From the NCBI GenBank assembly GCA_040755455.1, contig JBFMAY010000064.1, forward strand, positions 1 to 14,022: a DNA stretch of 14,022 nt, written 5' to 3'. A model generated the notes under the pieces. That model was given only the letters and a program-made list of their open reading frames with translations, was not told where the DNA came from and made no database searches. The translations under genes were made by a program, and so were the position numbers. Source of the stretch: Thermodesulfobacteriota bacterium. GTDB lineage: Bacteria; Desulfobacterota; Desulfobulbia; Desulfobulbales; SURF-16. Of the stretch, positions 1-8,850 are shown one piece after another (the stretch's first letter is position 1; each line of letters starts with the position of its first letter).

Positions 1-2
1 CC

Positions 3-1004
3 TCCGAGCACCCTATTCTGATCGACAAATTCCTCAAGGAGGCCATTGAGATTGATGTGGACGCCATTTCGGATGGGGAAAACACCATCATCGGCGGCAT
101 CATGCAGCATATTGAAGAGGCGGGTATCCATTCCGGCGATTCAGCCTGCGTGCTGCCCCCTTACAGCCTGTCGCCCGGCCTCATCGAACAGATCAAGGAG
201 GCGACCAGGGCCATGGCCATGGAATTGAAGGTTATCGGCCTGATGAACATCCAGTATGCGGTGAAGGACAATATCCTCTACGTACTCGAGGTCAATCCCC
301 GGGCATCCCGCACCATTCCTTTTGTCAGCAAGGCGACCGGCGTGCCGCTGGCCAAACTGGCGACCAAGGTCATGATGGGCATGAAACTGCCGGAACTCGG
401 CCTGACCAAAGAGGTGGAAATCTCCCATCATGCGGTGAAAGAGGCGGTCTTCCCCTTTGACCGTTTCGACAATGTGGACACGCTGCTCGGCCCGGAGATG
501 AAATCCACCGGCGAGGTCATGGGCATGGATGAATCCCTGGGACTGGCCTTTGCCAAATCACAGTTTGCCGCGGGACAGCCCATTCCCCTTGCGGGCACCG
601 TTCTTTTCAGCATGAGAGGGGACGACAAGGCCGTTATCCTGCCTGTTGCCGAAAAACTGCGCAACCTTGGCTTTAATATCATGGGCACCCGAGGTACCGC
701 CGCGTTCCTGAACAGCAACGGCGTCCCCTGTACCAAAATCAACAAAATTTCCGAGGGGCGGCCCCACATTCTGGACAAGATTCAGGACCATGAAATCCAG
801 TGGATCGTCAACACCTCCAGAGGGACACGCACCACCGAGGATTCCTACACCATCCGCCGGGCGGCGCTGAACTACCATCTGCCATACACGACGACCACGG
901 CCGGTGCTGAATCCATGGCCATGGCCATTGCCACCCTCAGGCATCAATCCATGGAGGTCAAAGCGGTCCAGGAGTACTTTGTTGGCAGCCGAAACCGATC
1001 GTGA
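3..1004 (+). CDS. carB: Carbamoyl-phosphate synthase large subunit, C-terminal part (5' end outside the window)
   Basis: The frame is open from base 3 (SEHPILIDKFLKEAIEIDVDAISDG...). CarB motifs: HIEEAGIHSGDS, GLMNIQYA, LEVNPRASRTIPFVSKATG, LGPEMKSTGEVMG, and a C-terminal MGS-like domain (GTRGTA, DSYTIRRAA). Confidence 0.97.
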   Translation, partial: SEHPILIDKFLKEAIEIDVDAISDGENTIIGGIMQHIEEAGIHSGDSACVLPPYSLSPGLIEQIKEATRAMAMELKVIGLMNIQYAVKDNILYVLEVNPRASRTIPFVSKATGVPLAKLATKVMMGMKLPELGLTKEVEISHHAVKEAVFPFDRFDNVDTLLGPEMKSTGEVMGMDESLGLAFAKSQFAAGQPIPLAGTVLFSMRGDDKAVILPVAEKLRNLGFNIMGTRGTAAFLNSNGVPCTKINKISEGRPHILDKIQDHEIQWIVNTSRGTRTTEDSYTIRRAALNYHLPYTTTTAGAESMAMAIATLRHQSMEVKAVQEYFVGSRNRS

Positions 1005-1185
1005 AGATTTTATCCACTTTCGTGACGGTTTTCCGTTATTACGGCTGGACTTTCCCGCAGCAAGTACTTAATGTTATTTTTTTCTCATGGAATACTGACC
1101 ATGCATCAGACAAGGCTGCAACCATAGCAACGCAAACCCAAAAAAGAGATCAACACTTTTTAAATTTTCTTTACGGAGTTCTTTC

Positions 1186-3114
1186 TTGAATAATTTTTAC
1201 AAAAATTTATCCATGTGGCTGGTGATCGGTCTGACCATGATCCTGCTCTTCAACATGTTCAATCATCCCCAGACCGGGATCGTTGAAATGAGCTACAGCG
1301 ACTTCATGTCCGCCGTTTCCTCGGAGGGAATAACCCAGGTTACCATCCAGGGTGATGAGATAACCGGGACCAGCGGCGGCAAGCATTTCCGGGTCATCAC
1401 CCCTGCCGCCGATATGGAACTTATCCCGCAGCTCAGAAAGGCGGGAGTCAATATCACGGTGAAGCAGAAGGAGGAAACCCCATGGTATATCACCATTCTT
1501 GTGTCCTGGTTTCCCATGCTTCTCCTCATCGGAGTCTGGATCTTCTTCATGCGGCAGATGCAGATGGGCGGCGGCAAGGCCATGAGCTTCGGCCGCAGCA
1601 AGCACCGGATGCTGGAAAGCGGCACCGCGAAAGTAACCTTTAAGGATGTGGCCGGCATCGATGAGGCCAAGGAAGAACTCTCCGAAATCATCGATTTTCT
1701 CCGCAACCCCAAAAAATTTACCCGCCTCGGCGGCCGTATTCCCAAGGGCGTGCTGCTGGCAGGTCCTCCGGGCACGGGAAAAACCTTGCTCGCCAAGGCC
1801 ATAGCCGGCGAGGCGGAGGTGCCCTTCTTCTCCATCAGCGGTTCGGATTTTGTGGAGATGTTTGTCGGTGTCGGCGCCTCCAGGGTGAGAGATCTCTTTA
1901 CCCAAGGCAAGAAAAACGCCCCCTGCATCATCTTTATTGATGAGATCGACGCGGTGGGCCGCCACCGCGGCGCAGGCCTCGGGGGCGGACACGACGAAAG
2001 GGAGCAGACGCTCAATCAGCTGCTGGTGGAAATGGATGGCTTTGAATCAAATGAAGGAGTCATCATCATTTCAGCCACCAACCGTCCCGATGTGCTTGAC
2101 CCGGCCCTGCTCCGGGCAGGGCGTTTTGACCGTCAGGTTGTCGTCCCCATCCCCGATGTGGGCGGCAGGGAACAAATTCTGCTCGTGCATGGCAAAAAGG
2201 TACCGGTGGCAGCAGATGTGGACTGGAGGGTCATTGCCCGCGGCACGCCGGGATTCTCCGGTGCCGACCTTGAAAATCTGGTCAACGAGGCCGCCCTGCT
2301 GGCCGCCCGTTTTAATGAAGACAAGGTCAACATGGATCATCTGGAACGAGCCAAGGACAAGGTCATGATGGGTGCGGAACGGCGCAGCATGATCATCACG
2401 GATAAGGAAAAGAAGATCACCGCATACCATGAGGCGGGGCACGCCCTGATTGCCAAACTGCTGCCGGGCACCGATCCCCTGCACAAGGTGACCATCATCC
2501 CCAGGGGACGGGCCCTGGGCCTGACCCAGCAGCTGCCCACGGTGGAGCAGTATACCCATGCCAAATCATACCTGCTGAACAACCTCTGCATCCTGCTGGG
2601 TGGCAGGGTGGCGGAAGAACTGACCTTCGGCGAAATCACTACCGGTTCAGGCAACGACATTGAACGGGCAACCGTCATGGCACGCAAGATGGTCTGTGAA
2701 TGGGGCATGAGCGAGGAGCTTGGCCCCTTGACCTTCGGCAAGAAGGAAGAGCAGATATTCCTGGGCCGGGAAATCGCCCAGCACCGCGATTTCAGCGAGG
2801 AAACCGCAGTCAAGATTGATGAGGCGGTGAAAAGACTTATTTTGGAGGCCAATGAAAAGGTCTTCAAACTGCTCCGGGAAAACATCGAAACGCTGAAGGT
2901 CATTGCCAATGCCCTGCTTGAGCGGGAAACACTGACCCTGGATGATATTGAAAAACTGATGAGCGGCCAAGGTCTGGAGCCGAAACCCTCTGCGCGGACG
3001 CAGCCTAAGGAGACTGGCGCGGGCGCCGCCACGGAGCAAACCACGCAGCAGGCAAGCCCGGGAGTTCCTCCGCCCCCGGCCCATGAACAGCCGGCCGGGC
3101 CGGCCGAGGCTTAA
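1186..3114 (+). CDS. ftsH: ATP-dependent zinc metalloprotease FtsH
   Basis: TTG start with GGAG upstream. Two N-terminal TM segments, Walker A GPPGTGKT, pore motif FVEMFVGVG, Walker [12 protein letters not shown] ([19 protein letters not shown]), Zn motif HEAGH, and a low-complexity Pro/Ala/Gln tail. Confidence 0.98.
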   Translation: MNNFYKNLSMWLVIGLTMILLFNMFNHPQTGIVEMSYSDFMSAVSSEGITQVTIQGDEITGTSGGKHFRVITPAADMELIPQLRKAGVNITVKQKEETPWYITILVSWFPMLLLIGVWIFFMRQMQMGGGKAMSFGRSKHRMLESGTAKVTFKDVAGIDEAKEELSEIIDFLRNPKKFTRLGGRIPKGVLLAGPPGTGKTLLAKAIAGEAEVPFFSISGSDFVEMFVGVGASRVRDLFTQGKKNAPCIIFIDEIDAVGRHRGAGLGGGHDEREQTLNQLLVEMDGFESNEGVIIISATNRPDVLDPALLRAGRFDRQVVVPIPDVGGREQILLVHGKKVPVAADVDWRVIARGTPGFSGADLENLVNEAALLAARFNEDKVNMDHLERAKDKVMMGAERRSMIITDKEKKITAYHEAGHALIAKLLPGTDPLHKVTIIPRGRALGLTQQLPTVEQYTHAKSYLLNNLCILLGGRVAEELTFGEITTGSGNDIERATVMARKMVCEWGMSEELGPLTFGKKEEQIFLGREIAQHRDFSEETAVKIDEAVKRLILEANEKVFKLLRENIETLKVIANALLERETLTLDDIEKLMSGQGLEPKPSARTQPKETGAGAATEQTTQQASPGVPPPPAHEQPAGPAEA

Positions 3115-3148
3115 TCCGCCTCCTGCAACACCGACAGCAGATGGATTG

Positions 3149-3994
3149 ATGAGAATAATCACCCGGGACCGCACCTTGAACTTCGATGACAAAGTCCATG
3201 TCATGGGCATTGTCAACATCACCCCGGACTCGTTTTCCGATGGCGGCAGGATAAGCGATGCGTCAACCCTGCTCGAACTCGTCGATCACATGGTTGACAG
3301 CGGGGCGGATATCATCGATATCGGCGGAGAATCCACCAGACCCTTTGCCCCGCCGGTCTCCCTGCGGGAAGAACTCGACCGGGTCATTCCGGCAATCGAC
3401 GCCATCAGAAACCGGCACCGCATCCCCATCTCCATAGACACAACCAAGGCGGAAGTGGCCGGGCGCGCCATTGCCGCGGGCGCCGACATCATTAATGACA
3501 TCAGCGGACTCAGGCATGATCCAGCCATGGTCTGCGTGGCGGCGGAACAGCAGGTGCCGGTCATCATCATGCATATGCAGGGAACGCCGCGGGACATGCA
3601 GGTCAATCCAACGTACCATGATGTGATTGCCGAGATCCGCGATGACCTGGCTGAACGCATCCTATGGGCGGAAAACCACGGGGTATCCCGGGACAAAATC
3701 ATCATTGATCCGGGCATCGGCTTCGGCAAGACCGCCAGCCACAACCTGACCATCCTGCGGGAACTCAGACAGTTCACCTCGCTGGGCTGCCCCGTGCTGA
3801 TCGGCCATTCACGCAAATCGTTTATCGGGACCATTCTTGCCGTTGACGACCCCCGCCGGCGGGATGAGGCAACAGCAATCATCTCCGCCCTCTGCGCCTG
3901 GAACGGGGCATCCATCATCAGGGTGCATGATGTGGCGAAAACCGTGCAGGCGGTCAAAATGGCCCGCGCCATCAGCCAGGGCAGCACCAAGTAA
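3149..3994 (+). CDS. folP: Dihydropteroate synthase
   Basis: Motifs VMGIVNITPDSFSDGG, DIGGESTRP, ISIDT, IINDISG, MHMQGTP, IDPGIGFGK, GHSRKSF, IRVHDV. Conserved position after ftsH. Start placed at the in-frame ATG 3149 (MRIITRDR) rather than 3083, which overlaps ftsH. Confidence 0.96.
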   Translation: MRIITRDRTLNFDDKVHVMGIVNITPDSFSDGGRISDASTLLELVDHMVDSGADIIDIGGESTRPFAPPVSLREELDRVIPAIDAIRNRHRIPISIDTTKAEVAGRAIAAGADIINDISGLRHDPAMVCVAAEQQVPVIIMHMQGTPRDMQVNPTYHDVIAEIRDDLAERILWAENHGVSRDKIIIDPGIGFGKTASHNLTILRELRQFTSLGCPVLIGHSRKSFIGTILAVDDPRRRDEATAIISALCAWNGASIIRVHDVAKTVQAVKMARAISQGSTK

Positions 3995-4023
3995 CGGTTA
4001 ATCAACAGGCTGCCCTCATCCCC

Positions 4024-5970
4024 ATGCGCGAGAGAATCATCAGATATCAGACTTACAACAAAAGCCGCAAGATAAAGGCCATCAACTTCCAGCCGGTCAA
4101 GGCCACCCTGCTTTTTAAGATAATCCCCTACCTGCTGCACTGCAACTATCCCGATCTGCCGGGCTATGTGGACGATCCGCAATGCCCGTTCGGCATCTTC
4201 CGCTTCCTGCCGGACGAAATCGTCGACAGTGAGCTGTTCCGCAGCTATTTCCCGCATTCCACGGCACGAAACTCCAAAACGTCCTCCCCTTACCCGCGCA
4301 ATCCCTGCATCCATTCCTTGAAAACCATCGGCAGCATCGGCACCATCGCCCAGTCCGAGAAATCAGATTGCGATTTCTGGGTAAGCATCCGCCTCGAAGA
4401 AATCGGCGACAAAGGGGCGGCCCTGCTCGAGGAAAAATGCAAGAAAATCGAGAAATGGGCGTTGGAAAACGGGGTTGAGGTCTATTTCTTTTTGATGGAT
4501 ATCGACCAGACCAGGGAAAACAAGTTTTCATCGGCCGCAGAGGAGGAATCCGCCGGTTCGGCCCTGAAACTGCTGCTCAAGGACGAACTGTTCCGCACCC
4601 ATATCCTCGTGGCCGGCAAAATGCTGCTCTGGTGGCTGATCCCCCCCGGCCTGACCGAACAAGGCTATCGTGACTATGTGGAGCAGCTTGTCAAAAAACG
4701 GGAGCTTAACCTCGATAATTTTGTCGACCTCGGCTACCTTTCCGATATCCCCAAGGCGGAAATATTCGGGGCCTGCCTCTGGCAGCTCAACAAGGCCCTT
4801 GACAGTCCTTTCAAGTCGGTCATCAAGTTCGCCTATCTGGAACTGCTGCTCAAGCATCAGACCAACATTCTGCCTCTCTTTTCCACCAAGATACAATGTC
4901 TGGTGACCTTTCCCGAACGGCTGCCGGAAAACGAGATCAAGCTCCCCCTCACCCACATTGACCCGTACCTGCTGCTGGCCAAGGAACTGGTGGCATTTTA
5001 CCAGGAGAATAAAATCAAGGACGAGGATGACCTGATCAGGGAATGCCTCTTTTTCAAGACCCTGGAGGGGACCAAGTCGAAAAAGGATGACAGGCATCTG
5101 CAAACCACCCTGGCCTTGATGGAAAAATGGGATCTGCTGCCGCCCAATTATGAACAGCTGATCAAGCTGCGCTACTGGGACTATAAGGATCTGCTGGCCC
5201 TCGGCTCCAGGGTGCACGCCTACCTGCTTGACACATACAACCGGTTGCGCTGGCTGCGGAAATCATTCCAGGACGAGACAGGACGGGCCATCAGCGACCG
5301 GGACCTTTCCATCCTGGGCAAAAAGCTCTTCAGCTTCTACGAGGTCAAACCGGACAAAATACCTTACCTGCATACCCTCTCCCGCCAGTCCATTTTGCAG
5401 TCCGACCTCACATTTCACGTAAGCCGCTACGAGGGGATGGTCTATTACTATGTTTTCCAGGGAATACATGATGTGGAATCGATCAGGAATAACCAGCAGG
5501 CCCTGATCAAACGCGAAACCGATCCGATTTTTCTCATGATCTGGCTGACGATTAATGGTATCATGCAGCGCAGAACCGCGATTCATCTGATCAAGAACTT
5601 TCTGTCCGTCAACCTGTCCGACCTGCAGAATCTGGCCGATATCATCATCAAAACCTTTCCCCTTTTCAATTTTTCCCAGATCACGGCCGGTGAACTGCTC
5701 AGCCAGGAAAAAGTCTCCATGGCCCTGGTCATCGTCAATTTTGAAAAGGAACCTGTGAAAGGATCGCCGACCTTTAAATCGGCAATCATTACGGTCAACA
5801 ATTACGGAGAATATTTTCTCCACCACTTTACCACCCTGGTGCAGCTCAAAAACGCCATGCGCCTTCTCCTGACCAAGCATTTCGTCAGCCGCTGGAACCA
5901 TAACCTGGAAGTCTATATCCCGGACCAGGCGGAAAAATATTATATCCAGAGCCAGTTGGAAAAGGGATGA
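4024..5970 (+). CDS. cyaA: Class I (CyaA-type) adenylate cyclase family protein, 648 aa
   Basis: Nucleotidyltransferase signature GSIGTIAQSEKSDCDFWV (GS...DxD). Further blocks resemble enterobacterial CyaA: LPGYV..PFGI, LLKDELFRTHILVAGK, FVDLGYL, EIFGACLWQLNKALDSPFKSVIK, DPYLLL. Confidence 0.85.
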   Translation: MRERIIRYQTYNKSRKIKAINFQPVKATLLFKIIPYLLHCNYPDLPGYVDDPQCPFGIFRFLPDEIVDSELFRSYFPHSTARNSKTSSPYPRNPCIHSLKTIGSIGTIAQSEKSDCDFWVSIRLEEIGDKGAALLEEKCKKIEKWALENGVEVYFFLMDIDQTRENKFSSAAEEESAGSALKLLLKDELFRTHILVAGKMLLWWLIPPGLTEQGYRDYVEQLVKKRELNLDNFVDLGYLSDIPKAEIFGACLWQLNKALDSPFKSVIKFAYLELLLKHQTNILPLFSTKIQCLVTFPERLPENEIKLPLTHIDPYLLLAKELVAFYQENKIKDEDDLIRECLFFKTLEGTKSKKDDRHLQTTLALMEKWDLLPPNYEQLIKLRYWDYKDLLALGSRVHAYLLDTYNRLRWLRKSFQDETGRAISDRDLSILGKKLFSFYEVKPDKIPYLHTLSRQSILQSDLTFHVSRYEGMVYYYVFQGIHDVESIRNNQQALIKRETDPIFLMIWLTINGIMQRRTAIHLIKNFLSVNLSDLQNLADIIIKTFPLFNFSQITAGELLSQEKVSMALVIVNFEKEPVKGSPTFKSAIITVNNYGEYFLHHFTTLVQLKNAMRLLLTKHFVSRWNHNLEVYIPDQAEKYYIQSQLEKG

Positions 5971-6098
5971 GCTGATGAGCTGATGAGCTGATGAGCTGAT
6001 GAGCTGATGAGCTGATGAGCTGATGAGCTGATGAGCTGATGAGCTGATGAGCTGATGAGCTGATGAGCTGATGAGCTGATGAGCTGATGAGCTGATGA
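5966..6098. repeat. Perfect 8-bp tandem repeat (GATGAGCT), 16 full copies plus GATGA
   Basis: Read directly: units start at 5966 and recur every 8 bp to 6093, with a partial unit at 6094-6098. No mismatches and no spacers. The first unit contains the cyclase stop codon (TGA 5968-5970). Confidence 0.98.
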
Positions 6099-6143
6099 AA
6101 GAATACTGTTCAAGGAAGTAAAGGCAAGGAATAAGACGGAGCC

Positions 6144-6407
6144 ATGAAGATTGTTTTTTACCATTCCGTGCTCTGCCCCCGCTGTCTGCTGGTGGGAAGG
6201 ACGCTGAAAAGACTGCAGGAGGAGCACCCCGATCTGGTGGTGGAAAAAGTCGAGGTAACGACACACCCGGCGGAAAGCCTGCGCCAGGGCATCCGCATCA
6301 TCCCGGCACTCAGGGCCGGAGGACGCAAACTTTCCGGCCTCATCCTGACACCGGCCGCAGTGCGGGAATTTGTTGAAAAGATTTACCAGGGGCCGGCCCT
6401 TGACTGA
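6144..6407 (+). CDS. Small thioredoxin/glutaredoxin-fold protein (CPRC)
   Basis: 87 aa. An N-terminal beta strand precedes CxxC (FYHSVLCPRC), and a cis-Pro-type loop (GIRIIPAL) follows. GGAG/AAGGA upstream of the ATG. Confidence 0.75.
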   Translation: MKIVFYHSVLCPRCLLVGRTLKRLQEEHPDLVVEKVEVTTHPAESLRQGIRIIPALRAGGRKLSGLILTPAAVREFVEKIYQGPALD

Positions 6408-6409
6408 CA

Positions 6410-7750
6410 TCAACAGCAGGCGGGCAGATAGATATGAAAGGTTGTCCCCTTGCCGTTTTCCGATTCCGCGGTAATGGTGCCGTCATGCCTGCGCATGATG
6501 GAGTAGCAGATGGCCAGGCCGAACCCAGTTCCCCGCTGGCTCGCCATCCTTTTTGTTGTGAAATAGGGGTCGAAAATTTTTGCCAGATTTTCCTGGGGAA
6601 TGCCCACCCCCTGATCGGTAATGGAAATTCTCAGATAGGTCCCCGGGGCAAGATCTAGCCCGTCATGTTCGCCGATTTCCTGATTTTCGGCCCTGACCTG
6701 CACCCCTCCCCCGTTTACCATGGCCTCCCTGGCATTTATCACCACATTGTTAATAACCTGCTGCATCTGCCCTGCATCAATAAGCACATCAGAAATATCG
6801 TCAGCAATGGCAAACTCGCATTGGATCCCTGAACCCCGCAGGGCGGTTTCCACGGATTGCTGCAGCAGCTCCCTGATGTTGACGCACTTTTTCAGGGGGG
6901 AGCCGCCTTCGGCAAAGGTAATAAACTTGCCGGTCAACTCCTTGCCCTGCAGACAGGTCTGCCTGGCTTCCTCGAGAATCGCGACCTGCTCATTTTCCGG
7001 CGGCAAGGCACTCTTAACCAGGGTGATGACCGCCAGCAGACCGGTCAGAATATTATTGAAATCATGGGCAATGCCGCCGGCAAGAATACCAATGGCTTCA
7101 AGCTTCTGGGCCTTCTGCAGTTCAATTTCCAGCTTCCGGCGCTCGGTGATATCGCGGAAAATGCCGCGGATGGCAACCGGCTTGCCGTCAACGAACTTGC
7201 AATTGCATTTGCCCTCAACCGCTATTCGCCGGCCGTCTCTGGCAACAAACTCCGTTTCAATTTTATCCACCTCCTTGCCGGACAGCAGCGCCTCGAATCT
7301 CTCCATGCAGTGAGCATGACAGTCAGGATGAATGACCTCAAACATGGGAAAACCGGGGACCTCATTTTTGGCAAAGCCCAAATTTTCCCGCCAGGCACGA
7401 TTGGCATAGATGATCTTGCCATCGGCGGTGATACTCTGGATCAGGTCACGGGAACTATCAAACAGGTCGCTGAACAGTTCTTCCCGTTCCCGCATGGCCT
7501 GTTCCGCCTTCTGCCGCTCCGCGATCTGTTTCTGCAGCTCAGCATTGGCATGTTCCAGTTCCCTGGCGCGCCTGTCCCATCCCTCCTTCATTCTACCGAT
7601 GAAAAATGCGGCCAGAATCCAGCTCAGGACGTCAAGGACATGGAGATAAAGGCCCTCCCCATGCCAAACCGTCTCGAAGAAAAGACCATGGAGCAGCAGA
7701 GCAAGCAGGCCGCCGGCAATGGCGTATCTAAGACTTATACCTAAAGACAT
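6410..7750 (-). CDS. Membrane-anchored PAS-domain sensor histidine kinase (no receiver domain)
   Basis: Two N-terminal hydrophobic segments, a coiled coil, PAS/PAC (IIYANRAW...IHPD...GIFRDITERR), H-box AHDFNNILT, N-box NVVINAREAM, G1 DQGVGI, F-box IFDPYFTTK, G2 GTGFGLA. Confidence 0.93.
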   Translation of the reverse strand: MSLGISLRYAIAGGLLALLLHGLFFETVWHGEGLYLHVLDVLSWILAAFFIGRMKEGWDRRARELEHANAELQKQIAERQKAEQAMREREELFSDLFDSSRDLIQSITADGKIIYANRAWRENLGFAKNEVPGFPMFEVIHPDCHAHCMERFEALLSGKEVDKIETEFVARDGRRIAVEGKCNCKFVDGKPVAIRGIFRDITERRKLEIELQKAQKLEAIGILAGGIAHDFNNILTGLLAVITLVKSALPPENEQVAILEEARQTCLQGKELTGKFITFAEGGSPLKKCVNIRELLQQSVETALRGSGIQCEFAIADDISDVLIDAGQMQQVINNVVINAREAMVNGGGVQVRAENQEIGEHDGLDLAPGTYLRISITDQGVGIPQENLAKIFDPYFTTKRMASQRGTGFGLAICYSIMRRHDGTITAESENGKGTTFHIYLPACC

Positions 7751-7804
7751 ATTGCTTTCACAGGAAAAGAGGGGAAGAACGCTACCAAGCAGTTCGTCAT
7801 TTTT

Positions 7805-8674
7805 TTATTGAATGGCATCTTCAGCACCGATGTCAAGGGATAATGGCCCGGCCATTTCCTGCCTGACGCCTGCAAGCCACGCCTTGACGGCCTTCTCCAG
7901 ATAACGGTGGTACATGTCCACCCCGCCCAGCCCCCGGCAGCGGAAACAGAAATTGATTTCGAGAAACAAGGGGGTTTGGCTGGCATCACCCTCAGCAAAA
8001 AGAAAATCAAAGCCAGCCAGATTGATGCCGGTTGCCGTGCAGAAATCCCGTAGCGCCCCCACTGCCTTCTCCTGGAGATGGGGAAAAGACACATGGTCGA
8101 TGACCGCCCCGCGGGCTAGGTTGGTGTAAAACCCACCCCCGTCCACGGAACGCCAGTAAGAGTAAAAATCATTGCCGATCACCACAACACGCAGGCTGCG
8201 TCCGCCCGTGGCGATGTATTCCTGCACGATGAAACCTCTTTTGCCCTGCTGTTCATAACCGGCCGCCTTCGCCAGACACTGATGCAGGTCGGGGGCGGAC
8301 TGGATGAGAAAAACGTTGTTCCCCTCCCCGCCCCAGCCGAATTTGAAGACAAATGGATAAGGAAAAGGCAGCGAAATACCGGAATAGTGACTGACACTCC
8401 AAAACGCTAACGTCCGCGGATGAGGGACCCCTGTTTTCTGAAACAGGGCCGCCTGCCCTGTTTTATCGGGGAAGGCGAAAAAAGCATCATAATTGGGAAA
8501 GACATGGGGGCAGGCACGGCGGGCGGCAAAATAGAGACTTTGCCGGCAGCCCTGGGGCAGGATAATGGCATCCGCCTGACCCATGGCGCAGATATCCTCC
8601 ACGGAAGGCGCATCGCCGCGCCATATCCGGTTGTTGTTTGTCTCAATGCAGAGGTTATAGGAAAGAACGTTCAC
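7805..8674 (-). CDS. ATP-grasp fold ligase, RimK/glutathione-synthetase-like
   Basis: GTG start. ATP-grasp motifs: DK..Q..LF...GVPHPRT, PFVFKFGWGGEGNNVFLI, IVQEYI, LRVVVIG, TNLARGA, AGFDFL, FLEIN. The substrate cannot be assigned from sequence. Confidence 0.85.
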   Translation of the reverse strand: MNVLSYNLCIETNNNRIWRGDAPSVEDICAMGQADAIILPQGCRQSLYFAARRACPHVFPNYDAFFAFPDKTGQAALFQKTGVPHPRTLAFWSVSHYSGISLPFPYPFVFKFGWGGEGNNVFLIQSAPDLHQCLAKAAGYEQQGKRGFIVQEYIATGGRSLRVVVIGNDFYSYWRSVDGGGFYTNLARGAVIDHVSFPHLQEKAVGALRDFCTATGINLAGFDFLFAEGDASQTPLFLEINFCFRCRGLGGVDMYHRYLEKAVKAWLAGVRQEMAGPLSLDIGAEDAIQ

Positions 8675-8785
8675 AGTTATTGCAATTTCCCGCTCATCAG
8701 CCTCAGAAAACAGAACTCAGGAAATACAGACCGAAGAAAAATCGTGCAGGCCCCGCAGTTTCACGGGCCGACTCCTTGTCATTGA

Positions 8786-8814
8786 TTGCATCAATTGTTA
8801 TTCTTGCTTAAAAT
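8786..8814 (+). promoter_or_regulatory. Putative sigma70 promoter for cysE
   Basis: TTGCAT (8786-8791), 17-nt spacer, TAAAAT (8809-8814), ending 36 nt upstream of the cysE ATG in an AT-rich intergenic region. Confidence 0.5.
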
Positions 8815-8850
8815 GAGTAAAAAACCAAGAAAAATCACCAAGGAAGAGAT

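Noticed and set aside
1001..1189. 62-aa ORF bridging carB and ftsH
   Set aside because: AT-rich intergenic composition, no RBS or recognisable motif. More likely the ftsH promoter region.
3083..3148. Extended folP N-terminus from ATG 3083
   Set aside because: It overlaps the ftsH 3' end and encodes low-complexity Pro/Arg sequence. ATG 3149 gives a normal-length FolP.
5966..6098. Tandem repeat as a CRISPR array
   Set aside because: The units are 8 bp with no spacers, and there are no cas genes in the window.
5263..6413. Minus-strand ORFs 5263-6264 and 5940-6413 with SSAHQLIS repeats
   Set aside because: They are open partly because the repeat lacks stops on the minus strand. They are antisense to the well-supported cyclase and thioredoxin genes and have no recognisable domain.
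8782..8794. FNR box
   Set aside because: The half-sites TTGAT/ATCAA are separated by 3 nt, not the 4 nt of the canonical FNR site. Kept only as an unassigned palindrome.
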